A stretch of DNA of 64,000 nucleotides. Source: Octopus vulgaris (lineage: Eukaryota). Within the stretch, counting starts at the first letter, position 1. Each line of letters starts with the position of its first letter. Location: assembly GCA_951406725.2 (NCBI GenBank), contig OX597836.1:36456001-36520000 (forward strand). Reading direction: 5' to 3'. Made by a program: the position numbers and the translations under genes. Of the stretch, positions 26,318 through 40,538 are shown piece by piece. A model generated the notes under the pieces. The model was not told the DNA's origin, did no database searches, and saw only the letters and a list, made by a program, of their open reading frames with translations.

Positions 26318-26422
26318 TGTATCTCTTATTCTAGCTTCGGCACCCTTAGTCACATTTAGTGAAGATTGAATTTTTCCTTTACTGGCTGTTTATAAATATA
26401 TGTGTATGCGTGTATATGTGTA

Positions 26423-26461
<39 letters not shown>

Positions 26462-26469
<8 letters not shown>

Positions 26470-26746
26470 ACCGACCAGACCATCAGATGTTGCTACACAT
26501 CGCTGGTCAAAATGCGTTCGCATTGTTTTACCCTTCGAATGACGCCACCCCGCTGGCTAAGCGAGCAGGCCAACAGAAGAAAGGGTGAGAGAAAGCGTGG
26601 TGAAAGAGTAAAGCAGAGATCACCCCCTGCCGGAGCCTCGTGGAGCTTTTAGGTGTTTTTGCTCAATAAACACTCACAACGCCCGGTCTGGGAATCGAAA
26701 CCGCGATCCTACGACCGCTGCCCTAACCACTGGGCCATTGTGCCTC

Positions 26747-26749
<3 letters not shown>
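26462..26749 (-). mobile_element. SINE head A + tail 2
   Basis: Homologous to 1021-1322. Confidence 0.88.
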
Positions 26750-26820
<71 letters not shown>

Positions 26821-27640
26821 GTGTGTGTGTGTGTTTGTCGGCAAATATGGTGATAGTTTCAATAGATATGGTAATTCTGTTAGATTTAGAGTTTTATGAT
26901 AATTTTATTTAAAAGTTTATTCCAAATAATTTGAAACATTCGATCGGAAGAGAATTAAATTTCAGGGTAAGATTGATAGAAATTGCTTTAATATCTTATT
27001 GGATTTTTAAAAAATGAAAAGTTCTTTATTTCTTAAAGATTTCGCCAGCGTCCATTGTAATAAATAACTGGAGACTTTTTTTTTTCTTCAGAACTTAAAC
27101 ACTGACAGCAATTCACACGTAATAAAAAGTTCTACGTATTCGTGAATTATGACAGCGAAAGCATAAAAAAGGAAAAAAATGCAACTGCGAAGATCAGATG
27201 ACAAGCTATTGCTTTAGTTACTTTAGCTTGTAGGCGTGAATATATTGTATATTTATTCTCTTGAAACTTTAAGTCACGAAAGTTGGTTAAATATTAATTC
27301 TTCTTCCTTCGTTCTACTGCAGAATTAAGTGAGACAACACAACGCATATATAAAAATAAATAATTTAGTGCCAGAAATATAGACACAGAGAGTTGTGCAC
27401 AAATATAACCTGGCGCTTAAGTACACCAGGCTTATAATAATATTTCGATTAGTAAAGGACACCGAGTATTCTTGCAGCAGGATCCGAGGTTATAATCCAT
27501 CACCATTCTACATTGTATTTCCATAGTTGTGCTCCAGGTACACTGGTTTTTAAATAATAGCGTTTACATTTTTTTTTTATATTGCAGCAAATTTAGATTA
27601 TTGTTTTTTTCTAAAATTTATGTAGTCTGTGAGATATATA

Positions 27641-28039
27641 CTCTTTTTTTTACTTGTTTCAGTCATTTGACTGTGACCATGCTGGAGCACCGCCCTTAGT
27701 CGAGCAAATCACCCCAGGACTTATTCTTCGTAAGCCTAGTACTTATTCTATCGGTCTCTTTTGCCGAACCGCTAAGTGACGAGGATATAAACACAGCATC
27801 GGTTGTCAAGCGATGTTGGGGGGGGGGACAAACACATACAAACAAACATATACACACACAAACATATATATACACGACGCGCTTCTTTCAGTTTCTGTCT
27901 ACCAAATCCACTCACAAGGCTTTGGTCGGCGCGAGGCTATAGCAGAAGACACTCGCCCAAGGTGCCACGCAGTGGGAATGAACCCAGAACCATGTGTTTG
28001 GTAAGCAAGCCACTTACCACATATCCACTCCTGCGCCTA
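27641..28039 (-). mobile_element. SINE family C
   Basis: Homologous to 13425-13826. Confidence 0.9.
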
Positions 28040-28199
28040 TGTGTGTATGTGTTGTAAACAACGATCACGAACATTCGCAAAGTTCAAGTGTAAATAGAGA
28101 TTAATTATATAAATCATAAAATACGGTAAATGTAAATTAATTACGTCACTCGACGAATTGCAGTTTTGCTACAATATATTACATTTCTGCTTAGTGGCT

Positions 28200-28960
28200 C
28201 ATGTATACAAAGTTAAAATTGTACATTGCTTGATACACCGCGAAGTTTTGGTGTCAAAATCTCCACCTGATAGTCTCTTGAAGGCGATGGACAACGTTGT
28301 TAAAGTGGTGAATTACATACAACCTCATTCCCTATGGGGCAGACATTTTGCACCCTTATGTGGAACTATGGATTCTGATTTTACGTGTTTACTGCTTCAT
28401 ACAGAAGTGCGATGGCTCTCGAAAAGCAAGGTACTATCTCGATTTATCTCTTTACAAACTGAAAAAATATGTTTCTTTTATGCTGAACATTCTAGATTTG
28501 AATTTTTTCACAATGATAATTGGTGGCTGGAAGTAGCATTTCCGAACGATATGTTTGAGAAGTTGAACGTTTTAAAGCTGAGTCTACCAGGAGCAAGTGA
28601 AAATATTATTACAATCACAGGCAAATTATAGTCTTTCACCAAGTTAGAACTGTGGATAGCTTTATTGCTGCCCAGGCGTAGAGGATTTTCCAAACAAATA
28701 AAACATTTTGTCAAAACAGCAGTAGACAGTAGATAACGTCTCTGCATCATTTTGTAAGTATTTTCCATCACTTCGTTATCAAATGTACGAGTGGATCATC
28801 AATCTTTTCGTAAGATACGACAGTACACACCTGCATTTAACATTGACAGAAGAGAAGTTAATAGTCTTCAAAGACGATCCTGTGCATAAAGCCTTATTTT
28901 CTGAGCTAGAATTGTCAGAATTTTGGATTTCGCTTTGGAGCCAATATCCGTATACACAAT
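28200..28960 (+). pseudogene. hAT (Buster/Charlie, ZBED8/SCAND3-like) transposase fragment
   Basis: HCLIHREVL (CxxH), LLLHTEVRWLSKSKVLSRF, MFEKLNVL, and after a break YEWIINLF...LSEFWISL..QYP. Confidence 0.9.
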
Positions 28961-29037
28961 CGATTATACATGTACACCAAATACAAATGCGAAGTAGACA
29001 CACACATACACACACATAAATACACACACACGCGCAC

Positions 29038-29109
<72 letters not shown>

Positions 29110-29963
29110 AGAAATTAAATATAAAATATAAATTACAAAGTGGGACAAGAACGCAAAAACACACAAAGAGACGACACAAAAAAACAGACGGGTCACTCGA
29201 AGACTCTAATCTTCAGTCGAGAACCGGATCATCTTAGCAATTTCGGATATATATATATGTTTATGTATATGCGTATGTGTGTGTAAGTCTCTTAGTTCTA
29301 AATGTCGAAATGAGAATTGTAGTTAAGAATAGAAAGGATAAGGATCTTTCTTTAATCTTGTTTATTTTTGCATTTTTCATTTCCTTTAATTTATGTGTGA
29401 TAGTTTTTGTTTCTCCTTTTATTTTCTTGTTATTCATTGTCAACGGAAAGCTAAAAGTAACTTAAATGAGTGGGTATCAAACATAGATTAACAAAAGATG
29501 ATCAAGAAATGCATTTGACCCTGTTCAGCTGAAGACGTGAATGTATCTCGGTACTGTTGGATCATATGAAATCAATAATCTATAAGATATATGTAACATT
29601 TCAGAATATCCTGCTAATAGTCAAGCGTTGACACAATTGTGCTGTTTTGTAATAAGACATTTTCATCCCATCTTCATGTATTAAACATTTTTGCATACTC
29701 TCCGGAATTTCGTGGATTTACACATCTATATCAAGTAAAAGAAATCACATTGCATAACAATGTCAGGTATTTATATATGCATATATAATATATATGTATA
29801 TATATATATATAAATATATGTATATACAAATATTAATAATATGACAACAAAAGAATGAATGAGATCTTGATATTAAGACGAAGAATTTATCTATAAATAC
29901 ATGTAACAATTATTTGGTTGTCACATATCATATATATATGTGTGTGTGTTGTGTGTGTGTGTA

Positions 29964-30044
<81 letters not shown>

Positions 30045-30828
30045 ATATATATAGATATGCATATATACGTAAAATTATAAAAAATAAAGATTTTATTAAT
30101 AATAAACAATAATAACATAGGTGAATAGTAAAAACAAGTAAATATACAAATATATAAATAGATTATATATATATATATATATATAATCTAGTGGTTTCCC
30201 TGTGGAAGTGTTTGCAGAGGTGTATATGTTAAACAAGGCTATGTTATTCATCATGTTGTCTATACAAACAATGTGAGATAGTGAAAAGAAAATAAAGCAT
30301 GAATAAATAATATTATCGTAAATCTGTCACGCATATTTTCTTTTTTCTATATATGGAAAAAATGTGGAAATAAAATGTACGCAAACGGGAACGCTTCTGC
30401 TATAAGGGGTGTAAGTCTTGTACTATATTAGTATTAAGAGTTAGAAAGGAAATGGAGTAGAAGGCTTGGTAACACTTCTTAACCATAACTCCATCTTTAC
30501 GATGTGCAAAAACGTCATATAAATTGCTGGAAAAATACAGAATATCGCTTTTAAAATCACCTTATTTCTTAAGGACACCTCTCTCGCTCACACTCTACCG
30601 TTCTATCTGACTCTCTTTGTCTTTCTCAGGTGACATTTGTAGTATTTAAGACGATAATTCATACATACATGGACACATGCACACTAACACTCACACACAC
30701 GCACTGATACACACATATACATATAGATACTTATATATATATGTATAATTGTTAAACAGGACGTCAAATATTATGGCAAGGCAAACATCTCAAGTCATAT
30801 ACAATATTACTATAGGAAAAAATTCAAA

Positions 30829-30884
30829 ATCTTACAGCTGTTTCAGTCATATCCCCAAGTATGTGATATTCCGTCATCAGAGAC
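30829..30884 (-). ncRNA. Type I hammerhead ribozyme motif, canonical core
   Basis: Minus: gucu-CUGAUGA-c-ggaauauc...gauaugacu-GAAA-cagcug-UA-agau. Palindromic stem III. Confidence 0.6.
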
Positions 30885-31087
30885 AAATTGGGGGGAAATA
30901 TGGAAAATGAGAGTGGTAGATATCAATAAGGTGACAACATAGAGGAAAGGAGTAAAAGAATAAGAAAATAGAAAGGGAGAAGAAAAAAGAAGCTTAAAAG
31001 TTCATAGTTCAACTTCCCGAAGTAATCACTTATAGCACTACCTAGCATACCTAATCGTTTAGATCACCTGTGAACTAAATCGCCGTA

Positions 31088-31125
<38 letters not shown>

Positions 31126-31128
<3 letters not shown>

Positions 31129-31368
31129 AGGGACTAAAGCCATCTGAATATGGCTAGGGACAGGCGGGTGGTGTACTGTTGCATTTAGCCCCAGGCGACA
31201 TCGACGTCACCAGAAGGCTCGACACCGTCACGGTGCCCTAAACCTAGGGCACCGTGACGGTGTCGAGCCTTCTGGTGACGTCGATGTTCGCCTGGGGCTA
31301 AATGCAACAGTAACACCCCACCACCCTGCCCTGTCCCTAGCCATATTCAGATGGCTTTAGTCCCTTAT
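31126..31368. repeat. ~240-nt near-perfect palindrome (fold-back element) between (TA)n tracts
   Basis: Arms 31126-31240 and 31245-31368, 4-nt loop aacc. Confidence 0.95.
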
Positions 31369-31437
31369 GTTATCGAGCAGTTACTGTCTATATCCCTTTT
31401 AGAGAATTATTATATATATATATATATATATATATAT

Positions 31438-31985
31438 CGACAAACGTCTCGACTTCAAATTAACACCAAATGATAAACATAGCGACATTCAATTTAGAAT
31501 GGAATATAACAAAGAGCAGCTCCCATTTTGGGATATCAAGATAAAAAATTTAGTAATAAAATTATAATTGACATCTATCATAAACCAACGGACACGAAAC
31601 AATATCACCTCTTTAGTTCATGTCACCCAAAACACATCAAAATATATATCACCTTCAATTTGGCAATAAAAAATTGCACAATAGTGTCTGATAGAACTAC
31701 TCGGGAACGGCGGGTTCAAGACTTCAGGACAGCGCTTACTGAAAGACAATATCCACCTTCATTTATAGACGAGGGAATTAAGCGTGCCTAGAAATTACAC
31801 ATAAAAACATTAAGGACAACAAAGTGTAATACCACACCTCATCTCAAAACACTATTGTGCAAAATCTTCCTTTACTAACTAGAGATCCAAAAATGAACAG
31901 CATTAAACATACTTACAATGTTTAATAAAATGAAGTAGCATAAAACGATCGTTCCAAATTACCGAAGATATACTTGTTGCTTATT
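31438..31985 (+). pseudogene. Penelope-like element reverse transcriptase C-terminal/thumb fragment
   Basis: HSDIQFRMEYNKEQLPFWDI, frameshift, then DIYHKPTDTKQYHLFSSCHPKH...TIVSD...LTERQYP, the diagnostic PLE YxKPT...SxHP motif. TA-flanked. Confidence 0.9.
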
Positions 31986-31990
31986 TTGAT

Positions 31991-32021
<31 letters not shown>

Positions 32022-32097
32022 CTGCCATGTTGATTCGTTAGCTCCTGCACGCATTTTTTTTCTCTCCTTGTTTCTCCCCGTGTTTCTTTTCTTTGTA

Positions 32098-32135
32098 TCT
32101 TTCTGTTGAAGAGCGTAGGCTCGAAACGTAAAAGA
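32098..32135 (+). ncRNA. Minimal hammerhead-like motif with U6 core (family H2) in element ~32020-32232
   Basis: ucuuu-CUGUUGA-a-gagc guag gcuc-GAAA-cg-UA-aaaga. Confidence 0.6.
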
Positions 32136-32238
32136 CTTGTTTTATTTCTATTCCTGAGCGCCATACTAATACAATTGTTTGTTTGTACTCTACCTGCCTT
32201 TGTCTTTTGTTTATTTTCGTAAAGCTTCCTGTTATATA

Positions 32239-32291
<53 letters not shown>

Positions 32292-32303
32292 GCAGCACGA
32301 ATC

Positions 32304-32354
32304 TTTGTCAATGAACAGGTCGCGGTCTCAAAGCGACGAAAATATTTCGACAAA
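32304..32354 (+). ncRNA. Degenerate copy of G3-C8 hammerhead family (H3) in element ~32292-32495
   Basis: uuuguca-AUGAACA-g-gucgc...gcgac-GAAA-auau-UU-cgacaaa. Homologous to 59635-59685. Confidence 0.55.
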
Positions 32355-32859
32355 TTAAATCTAAATGTTGAAGTGAATCTAACGGTTTTGTGTGTTTCTT
32401 AAATGGCTTATAAACACTTTCCACGCTGCAATTGTTTTCGTTCCAGCACACGATCTTAGATCAAGTCATTTGTTATGCAAGTACATCTCCGTAATATATA
32501 TATATATCTGTACATATATCTTTGTATACCTATCAGTATGTCATGTTAACTTTGTATTTCTGTAATCAAGTGCAGTTATATATTTTAGGTACATGAGTTG
32601 ATGTAACCGTCTACTTTACTAGCTTGGAGACATTCCAATGAATACAACCATTCATTTACTAAATAATAACACAATACCATGAGACATGTATCTATAAACC
32701 ATTTGCAATAAAATACGTAGTCATGTTGTGTATATTTCTATTCAACAATTTCATATTTATTTGGACATTAATTGATGAAAAGAAATAAAAAGCAATGTAT
32801 GGCATTTGCACAAATATTTAGATGTGTGGAGAGCGAAATTACATATGAAGTTTTCAGAT

Positions 32860-32998
32860 ATACATATACGTACATAAATACATACATATATATACATATA
32901 TATATATATATGCATATTACGTATATATATACATTTTAAGTATATATATATATATATATATATATTTACATATATATATATATATACATATATGTACA

Positions 32999-33045
<47 letters not shown>

Positions 33046-33227
33046 TTATACATACATACATATATATACATATACATACATATATATAAATACATATATA
33101 TATACATATTTACATATATATATATACATAAATACACACACATATATGTGTGTGTATATACATATACATATATGAATATATATATATATATATATACACA
33201 TACACATATATATATATATACATATAT
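32860..33227. repeat. (TA)n/(TACA)n microsatellite
   Basis: Direct inspection. Confidence 0.95.
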
Positions 33228-35555
33228 GCAGCACGAAGCTTTGTCAGTGAACATATATATATTCCTCCTGCCATCTTTCTTCTATATATATCCAGCATTC
33301 TTCTACTTGTTTGATTGTTTTCGTCATAAACCTAATGTAGAATATTACAAAATTTCTAACTGACGAAAATACATTAAAGAACATATTTCTGTTTTAAATA
33401 AACAACTCAGTTAAAAACAAACTTCTCTTTATTACACACAATAAATATTGATTCGTTTTAACTATATAGAATCTGAAATTTAATAGTGATGCTACTATTC
33501 CCATTTCAGTCAAAAGCATGTACTTATTTTCTCGACCGTGGAGAATATTACACTAACACAATCCGAACAGAGATGTTATACTGAAGTTATATATGTGTAG
33601 CTCAGTTTCGATTCCTTTGTCTATAGCCTAGTGTAAATAATGTACTAGTGGGGACATAATATTAACAATGATGTCGTATATGGTGCGTTCAGATTGTTGG
33701 TAGGGCATATGATTTCCAAAAACTCCCTTGTGTTTAGCTTATCAATATTTGCTTTATCTTTCTTGCTGACTTCATTTCCTAGTCTACCGATCACCACCAG
33801 ATGATTCTAGGACATCGTACCTTGTGGGTCCACTCTTTGTCTCTTTACCAAACGTCCTAAGACCCAGTCAACCTAATTAAGTATCTCCGATTCAAGCGCT
33901 AACAAACTCCATCGTATTTTGTCATTATATGAGGTTATAAAAGTCACAAAACTAATACATTCAAACAATAATAACTTGTACCATTTTGTTGTGCATTATT
34001 AGACAATTTCAGTAGATAATTTTGCTGCCAGAAATTTATTGACCCAATTATTGGTATGTTGAGAAAAAAATATAAAATCTGTAATTGTTTCCCAAGTTTG
34101 AATTCACTCTAAATCTAGTTTGCTAGCTGATATCCTGTCACGGGTGATATTCTACTTTGTATCCAGTGTATCCAGAATGCTATATGAACTCAAACACACG
34201 ATTCAGAATACATATCACAACGCAGCTTATTCCATGTTCTAACAACTCAGCTAAGTCCACACTTCAGACTGGGGCTACATTTACTAAAACAGAAAATATA
34301 CGGTACATTTGTCTTCGGAAGGATGTAACTGTAGAATTCAAAGGCTTACTAGAACAAATACAGCGAGGAATTTATCTATAGTTCTAAAAGTTCTGCCTAA
34401 TCAACAAAAGTTAAATGCACAATCATAATGAAACTATGTATTCAAACATTTGATTCTTTCAAGTTACTTGACATTTTACTATGATATATATTAGAAATAA
34501 TTAAATATATACAATATAATGAGAGTAATTTTGGGAAATGTTTAAATATTCGACTGAATGTGTGGTTGTTCCGAATCTATATATGGCAGGTTCTGTAGAA
34601 TGCAACATTAATTCGCATCCTATGATAGACTAAACTGACATTAAACTGAAGATGTTAATGGAAGTAGGAGTTATAATCTACATTTGTAGACATTAAGCGA
34701 TGTAAGAAATGATTTCAGAAGCGACATAGCGTGATATTGAAATGTGCATAACTACAAAATCATGGTAATTTTATTGTTGATGTTTAGTGAGAGGTGAACT
34801 ATCAGACACGATTTATGTTTAAATGTGTTAGTTAATGTGCAGAAAATGAAATATGGCTGTTGTACTGACAGTAAATCTTGCATTTCTCTTGCGAAATAGT
34901 CTTCGTTGAGGTCATTACGAAATTAATGCGCTAATCCTTTCGATTTTTTCCCAAGTTCACTTTCAGACGTAGCTGGATATTTACATAAGAAATCAAAATT
35001 TCGAAGCAGTCGCTAACAGCATTAAAATGGACAGTTTAATTCTAGAATAACATTATCGATCAAAATATAAAATGTATATTTCACGAAACAGGTTTTTTCA
35101 GATAAATCATATGCGTCTGTAATTTCCGGCATGTTAATGTTAGCGTTATTCATCCGCACAGAATTTCTCTTATAAATCACGCCCCCACACTTATGAGGAG
35201 AGTTTTGTCTACAGTTACAGTTCATTATCCTACTACATCAGCCACACCTAATGACTTTCCCATCTGTCTTATAAAGTATGCCGTTATTAAAATTTCACTT
35301 TCAGATTGGGAGATGTTAATAAAATAAGATTAAACCTGACAATAGAGAAGCGGAAATATTACTCTAGTTTGAAAACATTTTTATCTATCTTATTATTAGA
35401 TATAAAGATATTGGACGCCGTTATTACAACCAGTAGCCGTTATTACAAAACGAAATAAATATAATAACCTCACAAAACCCATTAACCTGGTCCCTTTATT
35501 TTATCACTTAGGCCGGCAAAATAACGACAGTTGGTTGCATATCATAAAAAAGCAA

Positions 35556-35765
35556 GGCGGCGAGGTGGCAGAATCGTTAACACGCTAGGCGAGATGCTTA
35601 GCGGCATTTCGTCCATCTTTAAACTCTGAGTTCAAATTTTACCGGAGTCAAATTTGCTATTCATTCTTTCGGGATAGAAGACATGAAGACCAGCTGTGCA
35701 CTGTGGTCAATTTCTTCGACTTAAACTTTCCACAAATTTGGTGGCATTGCGCCAAGATTTCAAGC
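35556..35765 (+). mobile_element. SINE family B, old copy
   Basis: aggcggcgaggtggcagaatcgtt...ctgagttcaaatt. Confidence 0.75.
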
Positions 35766-35963
35766 CATTATCATGCAAAAGTACATTGAGAATCCAAGAA
35801 ACCTTCATTGGTGTGAGAATATTTTGGTATGAATGAGTTCAAATTCCGCCGAGGTCGACTTTACCGTTCATCTTTTAGGGGTCGATAAAGTAAGTACTAG
35901 TTGCTTACTGGGGTCATCAAGCGATGCCAGGGGGAGACAAACACACACACAAATAACAAATAC

Positions 35964-36106
<143 letters not shown>

Positions 36107-36122
36107 ATTTACTGGCATTCTA

Positions 36123-36338
36123 AGGCGGCGTGCTAACAGGAAGGTTAGCACGCCGGGCGAAATGTTAAGCAATATTTCGTCTGTTTACGTTCTGGGTTCA
36201 AATTCCGCCGAGGCTGACTTTGTCTTTCATCCTTTCGCGGTCGATAAATTAAGTACCAGTTGTGTTCTGGGTCCATCTAATCGACTGCCCCCCCCCTCTC
36301 CCTAAAAATTTCGAGGCTTGTGTCTAGGGTAGAAAATA
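36123..36338 (+). mobile_element. SINE family B variant
   Basis: Matches the B head and central domain. Confidence 0.8.
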
Positions 36339-36649
36339 ATATTTTGCTATGAATATGTTCAAATTCCGCCAAAAGAATAATTTGCTATGAAAAAGCTACA
36401 GATATTGTTGACAACCCATATTCTTTATACTGTAATAAGGAAACTATAACAAAATATTCCCAAGCCAGACAACGATATATCGCAATTATGTTTCACTACA
36501 GATTTGTGAATGGGATTATACTTGAGAAACCATCAAACGCATTACAAATATATGTTCTATAATAAAGTACAGGGAACCATAGCAAATATTCATCTGAATG
36601 AAAATGAAAAGGTTTGTAAACACGTGACTGCGGACAATGTATATTTGTC

Positions 36650-37100
<451 letters not shown>

Positions 37101-37741
37101 ATTCAGAATATGTACGTGTGCCTGTGTATGTGAAAGTTTGCGAATGAATAAGTGTGTATGTATGCGTTTATTCGCGCATGCGTGTTTTACGTAACTGTTT
37201 CCGTATACTCGGTAACATTGATATAGCTAATGATCCTTCTGCTGATGCACATACACTTCAAACTGTCAACAAACGTTCTGAAACTAACTCAAACATTCGG
37301 ATATTATTTGTCAGTTAGTGATGCGTGTACAGCTCTTTTTCCTATTTGATTAAAGCACAACTTTTACAATAAAGACTGGTAAGTACAATGTCCTATCATT
37401 CAGAACGGCTCATGGTCGTCCCTATAGGCAAAAATGGAAACGGCGTGGCCCCCAGATGTTGGCGACGGATAAGCGCTGGAACAATGTACATCAACCAGGT
37501 TCGCACTCGCGAGGGAATTAACGCCAGCTACCAGATTTAGATACGCAGAAAGAAGCTATTGTTTCCCATTGTTTGCTTCAAGTAATGGCGGTTAATATTG
37601 CTTCTCTGCTACAAAAGATCAGTGGTACGTTAAGTCTTTAGAAGTTTTCTTTGGAAGTTTTTCATCGCGCAAGTTTAGATATTGCGGGGTGTTTCAGCAA
37701 ATATGCTTATCTATATGTTTGTGTGTGTGTATATATATATG

Positions 37742-37798
<57 letters not shown>

Positions 37799-37811
37799 GT
37801 ATGTATGTATG

Positions 37812-37854
<43 letters not shown>

Positions 37855-37887
37855 ATGTATCCACACAAACATATATACATTCGTACA

Positions 37888-37931
<44 letters not shown>

Positions 37932-37949
37932 GTAACCGACGGAGTGCCA

Positions 37950-37998
<49 letters not shown>

Positions 37999-38002
<4 letters not shown>

Positions 38003-38185
38003 GCACTCCGTCGCTTACGAAGATGAGGGTTCCAGGTAATCCGATCAACGGAACAGCCTGCTCGTGAAATTTACGTGCAAGTGGTTGAGCACCCACCGAC
38101 GCGAGTACCTTAACATATTTGTCGGGGTGATTCAGCGTAAATTCAGCTGGCCCTTTGAAATAGAGTTAAAACAGAAACAGGAAAG
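37999..38185 (-). mobile_element. SINE tail 1 fragment
   Basis: ggcactccgtcg...gatcaacggaacagcctgctcgtgaaat. A small inverted piece gtaaccgacggagtgcca lies at ~37932-37949. Confidence 0.8.
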
Positions 38186-38266
38186 TTATTCATCTAAATT
38201 TACACAATAAAATTCTACGACGGTGCAGTACACGTAATATTAAAGCTTTACAATTGCAATGAATTA

Positions 38267-38655
38267 TGCCACACGCTAAGAGGGACATAAGTCATTACTA
38301 CCAAAATTTAACTAATCATACCGAATGCAGTTCGAAAAAGCCCGCCATTTACCGAATATATGATGAATAAACATTTCCATGTGCTTCGCCGAGGGGAGCA
38401 GATGTCTGTTTGGCTTCGCTAGGTATGTTGGTTATGTTTATTTATGATGTGTTCAGAATCTGTTCTACTGATGAACAAAAGACGTATTTGATACGTTAAT
38501 TGCGAAATCACAGGTGATATAGAACTAAATTCAGTTTTTTAAATGTCTTGCTTCGAGAGCTGCATTCGGTATGATTAGTTAAATGTTGGTAGTAATGACT
38601 TATGTCCCTCTTAGCGTGTGGCAGTTATGTATAATAATGCCCTCTATACAATATA
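38267..38655 (+). mobile_element. HHR-bearing element (family H1) with inverted copy of its 3' end
   Basis: 64-bp inverted repeat at 38267-38330 / 38560-38623. Homologous to 518-720. Confidence 0.8.
38462..38525 (+). ncRNA. Type I hammerhead ribozyme motif, canonical core
   Basis: guucua-CUGAUGA-(stem II containing acguau uug auacgu)-GAAA-ucac ag guga-UA-uagaac. Confidence 0.75.
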
Positions 38656-38774
38656 AATAAATATTTTCAAGTGAAAAAATTATTTTCGGATTTTTTTCTC
38701 TTATGGGGTTTTTCACGCTAACTACCTGATAATTTCTTGTTAAGATTCCTTATTAAGATTTTATCCTTAATTGT

Positions 38775-38834
<60 letters not shown>

Positions 38835-38835
38835 A

Positions 38836-39138
38836 CACCGTGATCACCAGGCTATCATATGTTGTTAAACATCGCTAGCCACAATGCGCTTCGCATTGTT
38901 TTAGCCTACAAATGACGCCACCCCGCTGGCTGAGTAAGGAGGCCAACAGGAAGAAGAGTGAGAGAAAGTTGTGGCGAAAGAGTACGGCAGATATCGCCAC
39001 CACCCCTCTGCCGGAGCTTCCTGGAGCTCTTAGGTGTTTTCGCTCAATAAACACTCACAACGCCTGGTCTGGGAATCGAAACCGCGATCCTACGACCGCG
39101 AATCCACTGCCCTAATCACTGAGCCATTGCACCTCTAC
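38836..39138 (-). mobile_element. SINE head A + tail 2
   Basis: Homologous to 1021-1322. Confidence 0.85.
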
Positions 39139-39155
39139 ACACTCACACACGCACA

Positions 39156-39260
<105 letters not shown>

Positions 39261-40240
39261 GTGTGTATGAGTATGTGTGCTTTATTATTCAAAATGCAAC
39301 TACCGTAGACGCGCTCTGTGAGCACTTGACATTTCGTGTGATTTTATCATTGTTATAACAAACTAAGCAACGGATTATTTGCCATGGTGACGATGAAAGC
39401 AGTTTCCTCTGGATAATAATTTTTTTTTCCCCGCAAAACTTATTTTGTTAAATCTGCACAATTAAGATGATCTTTGGATAATTGACATTGTGTTAACATA
39501 GTTCTTGTAGTGAGCAGCAACGAAATGTTTTATTGGAATAATTGTATGTGGCGAAAAGACAACATTAACTCAATGGATACACATTCATGTATTTATTCAT
39601 AGGAAAATAATGTTCTTCGTTCATGTACAGAAAAAAATAATGTTTAAAACATATAACAATATAAAACTGTTATGTCGCATGTTCGGATGCCTTTTACTCA
39701 ACTCTCACCGCTATGCCTACCTCCAAAGATAGAAATATAGAAAATACAAAAAATAGAGAGAAAATATTTAAATTTATTACATTACATATTCAGTGAGTCA
39801 TTTTCAACTTGTAAATCATTTCTCTCTTTTGGACTCAATTTGGATATTTGGATAAAATAATTTAGTTTTGAAATCATTACTAATTAAACATGTTTCACCA
39901 CTTATGAAAGATATTTTATATTTTCCCTTTAGCATCGGTATAAAGGAATTTGTCTGTCCCTCAAATTTGTATATATTAACGGGAAAGGGTTTTTCAGCTG
40001 TTGTTGTTTTTGTCTCCTCACACTTTCGAAATAATATTCCTTACTGATTGGGCAAATGAAGAAATGCATATGGTTTCCTGTTTCCAAGTTCATGTCTGAA
40101 TTTGTCCTCAAGCAACGACTGTGTTTGAAAATTAAATCGGAAGCAATGTCCAATTAATGAAAATTTACACTACTGCATGTTCCACATTCACTATATCCAC
40201 AATAATCGAGGCGATTTCCTTGCGGTTTTGCAGTAGATAG

Positions 40241-40335
40241 CTCTTTACTCTTTTTTTACTCTTTTACTTGTTTCAGTCATTTGACAGCAGCCATGCTGGA
40301 GCACCGCCTTTAATCGAGCAAATTGACCCCAGGAT
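40241..40335 (-). mobile_element. SINE C 3' tail fragment
   Basis: tttcagtcatttgac...ccatgctggagcaccgcc. Confidence 0.8.
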
Positions 40336-40343
40336 ATATTACA

Positions 40344-40389
<46 letters not shown>

Positions 40390-40427
40390 TTAGTGTACAT
40401 ATACATACACACTCACACACACATGTA

Positions 40428-40439
40428 TAGATAGATAGG

Positions 40440-40537
<98 letters not shown>
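40428..40537. repeat. (GATA)n microsatellite
   Basis: Direct inspection. Confidence 0.95.

Positions 40538-40538
<1 letters not shown>

Noticed and set aside
29180-29247. Minus-strand ctgaaga and ccgaaa in a TA-flanked element
   Set aside because: Motif order and stems do not form a complete HHR in this truncated copy.
33600-33873. Minus-strand frame of about 90 codons with one stop
   Set aside because: No recognised homology.
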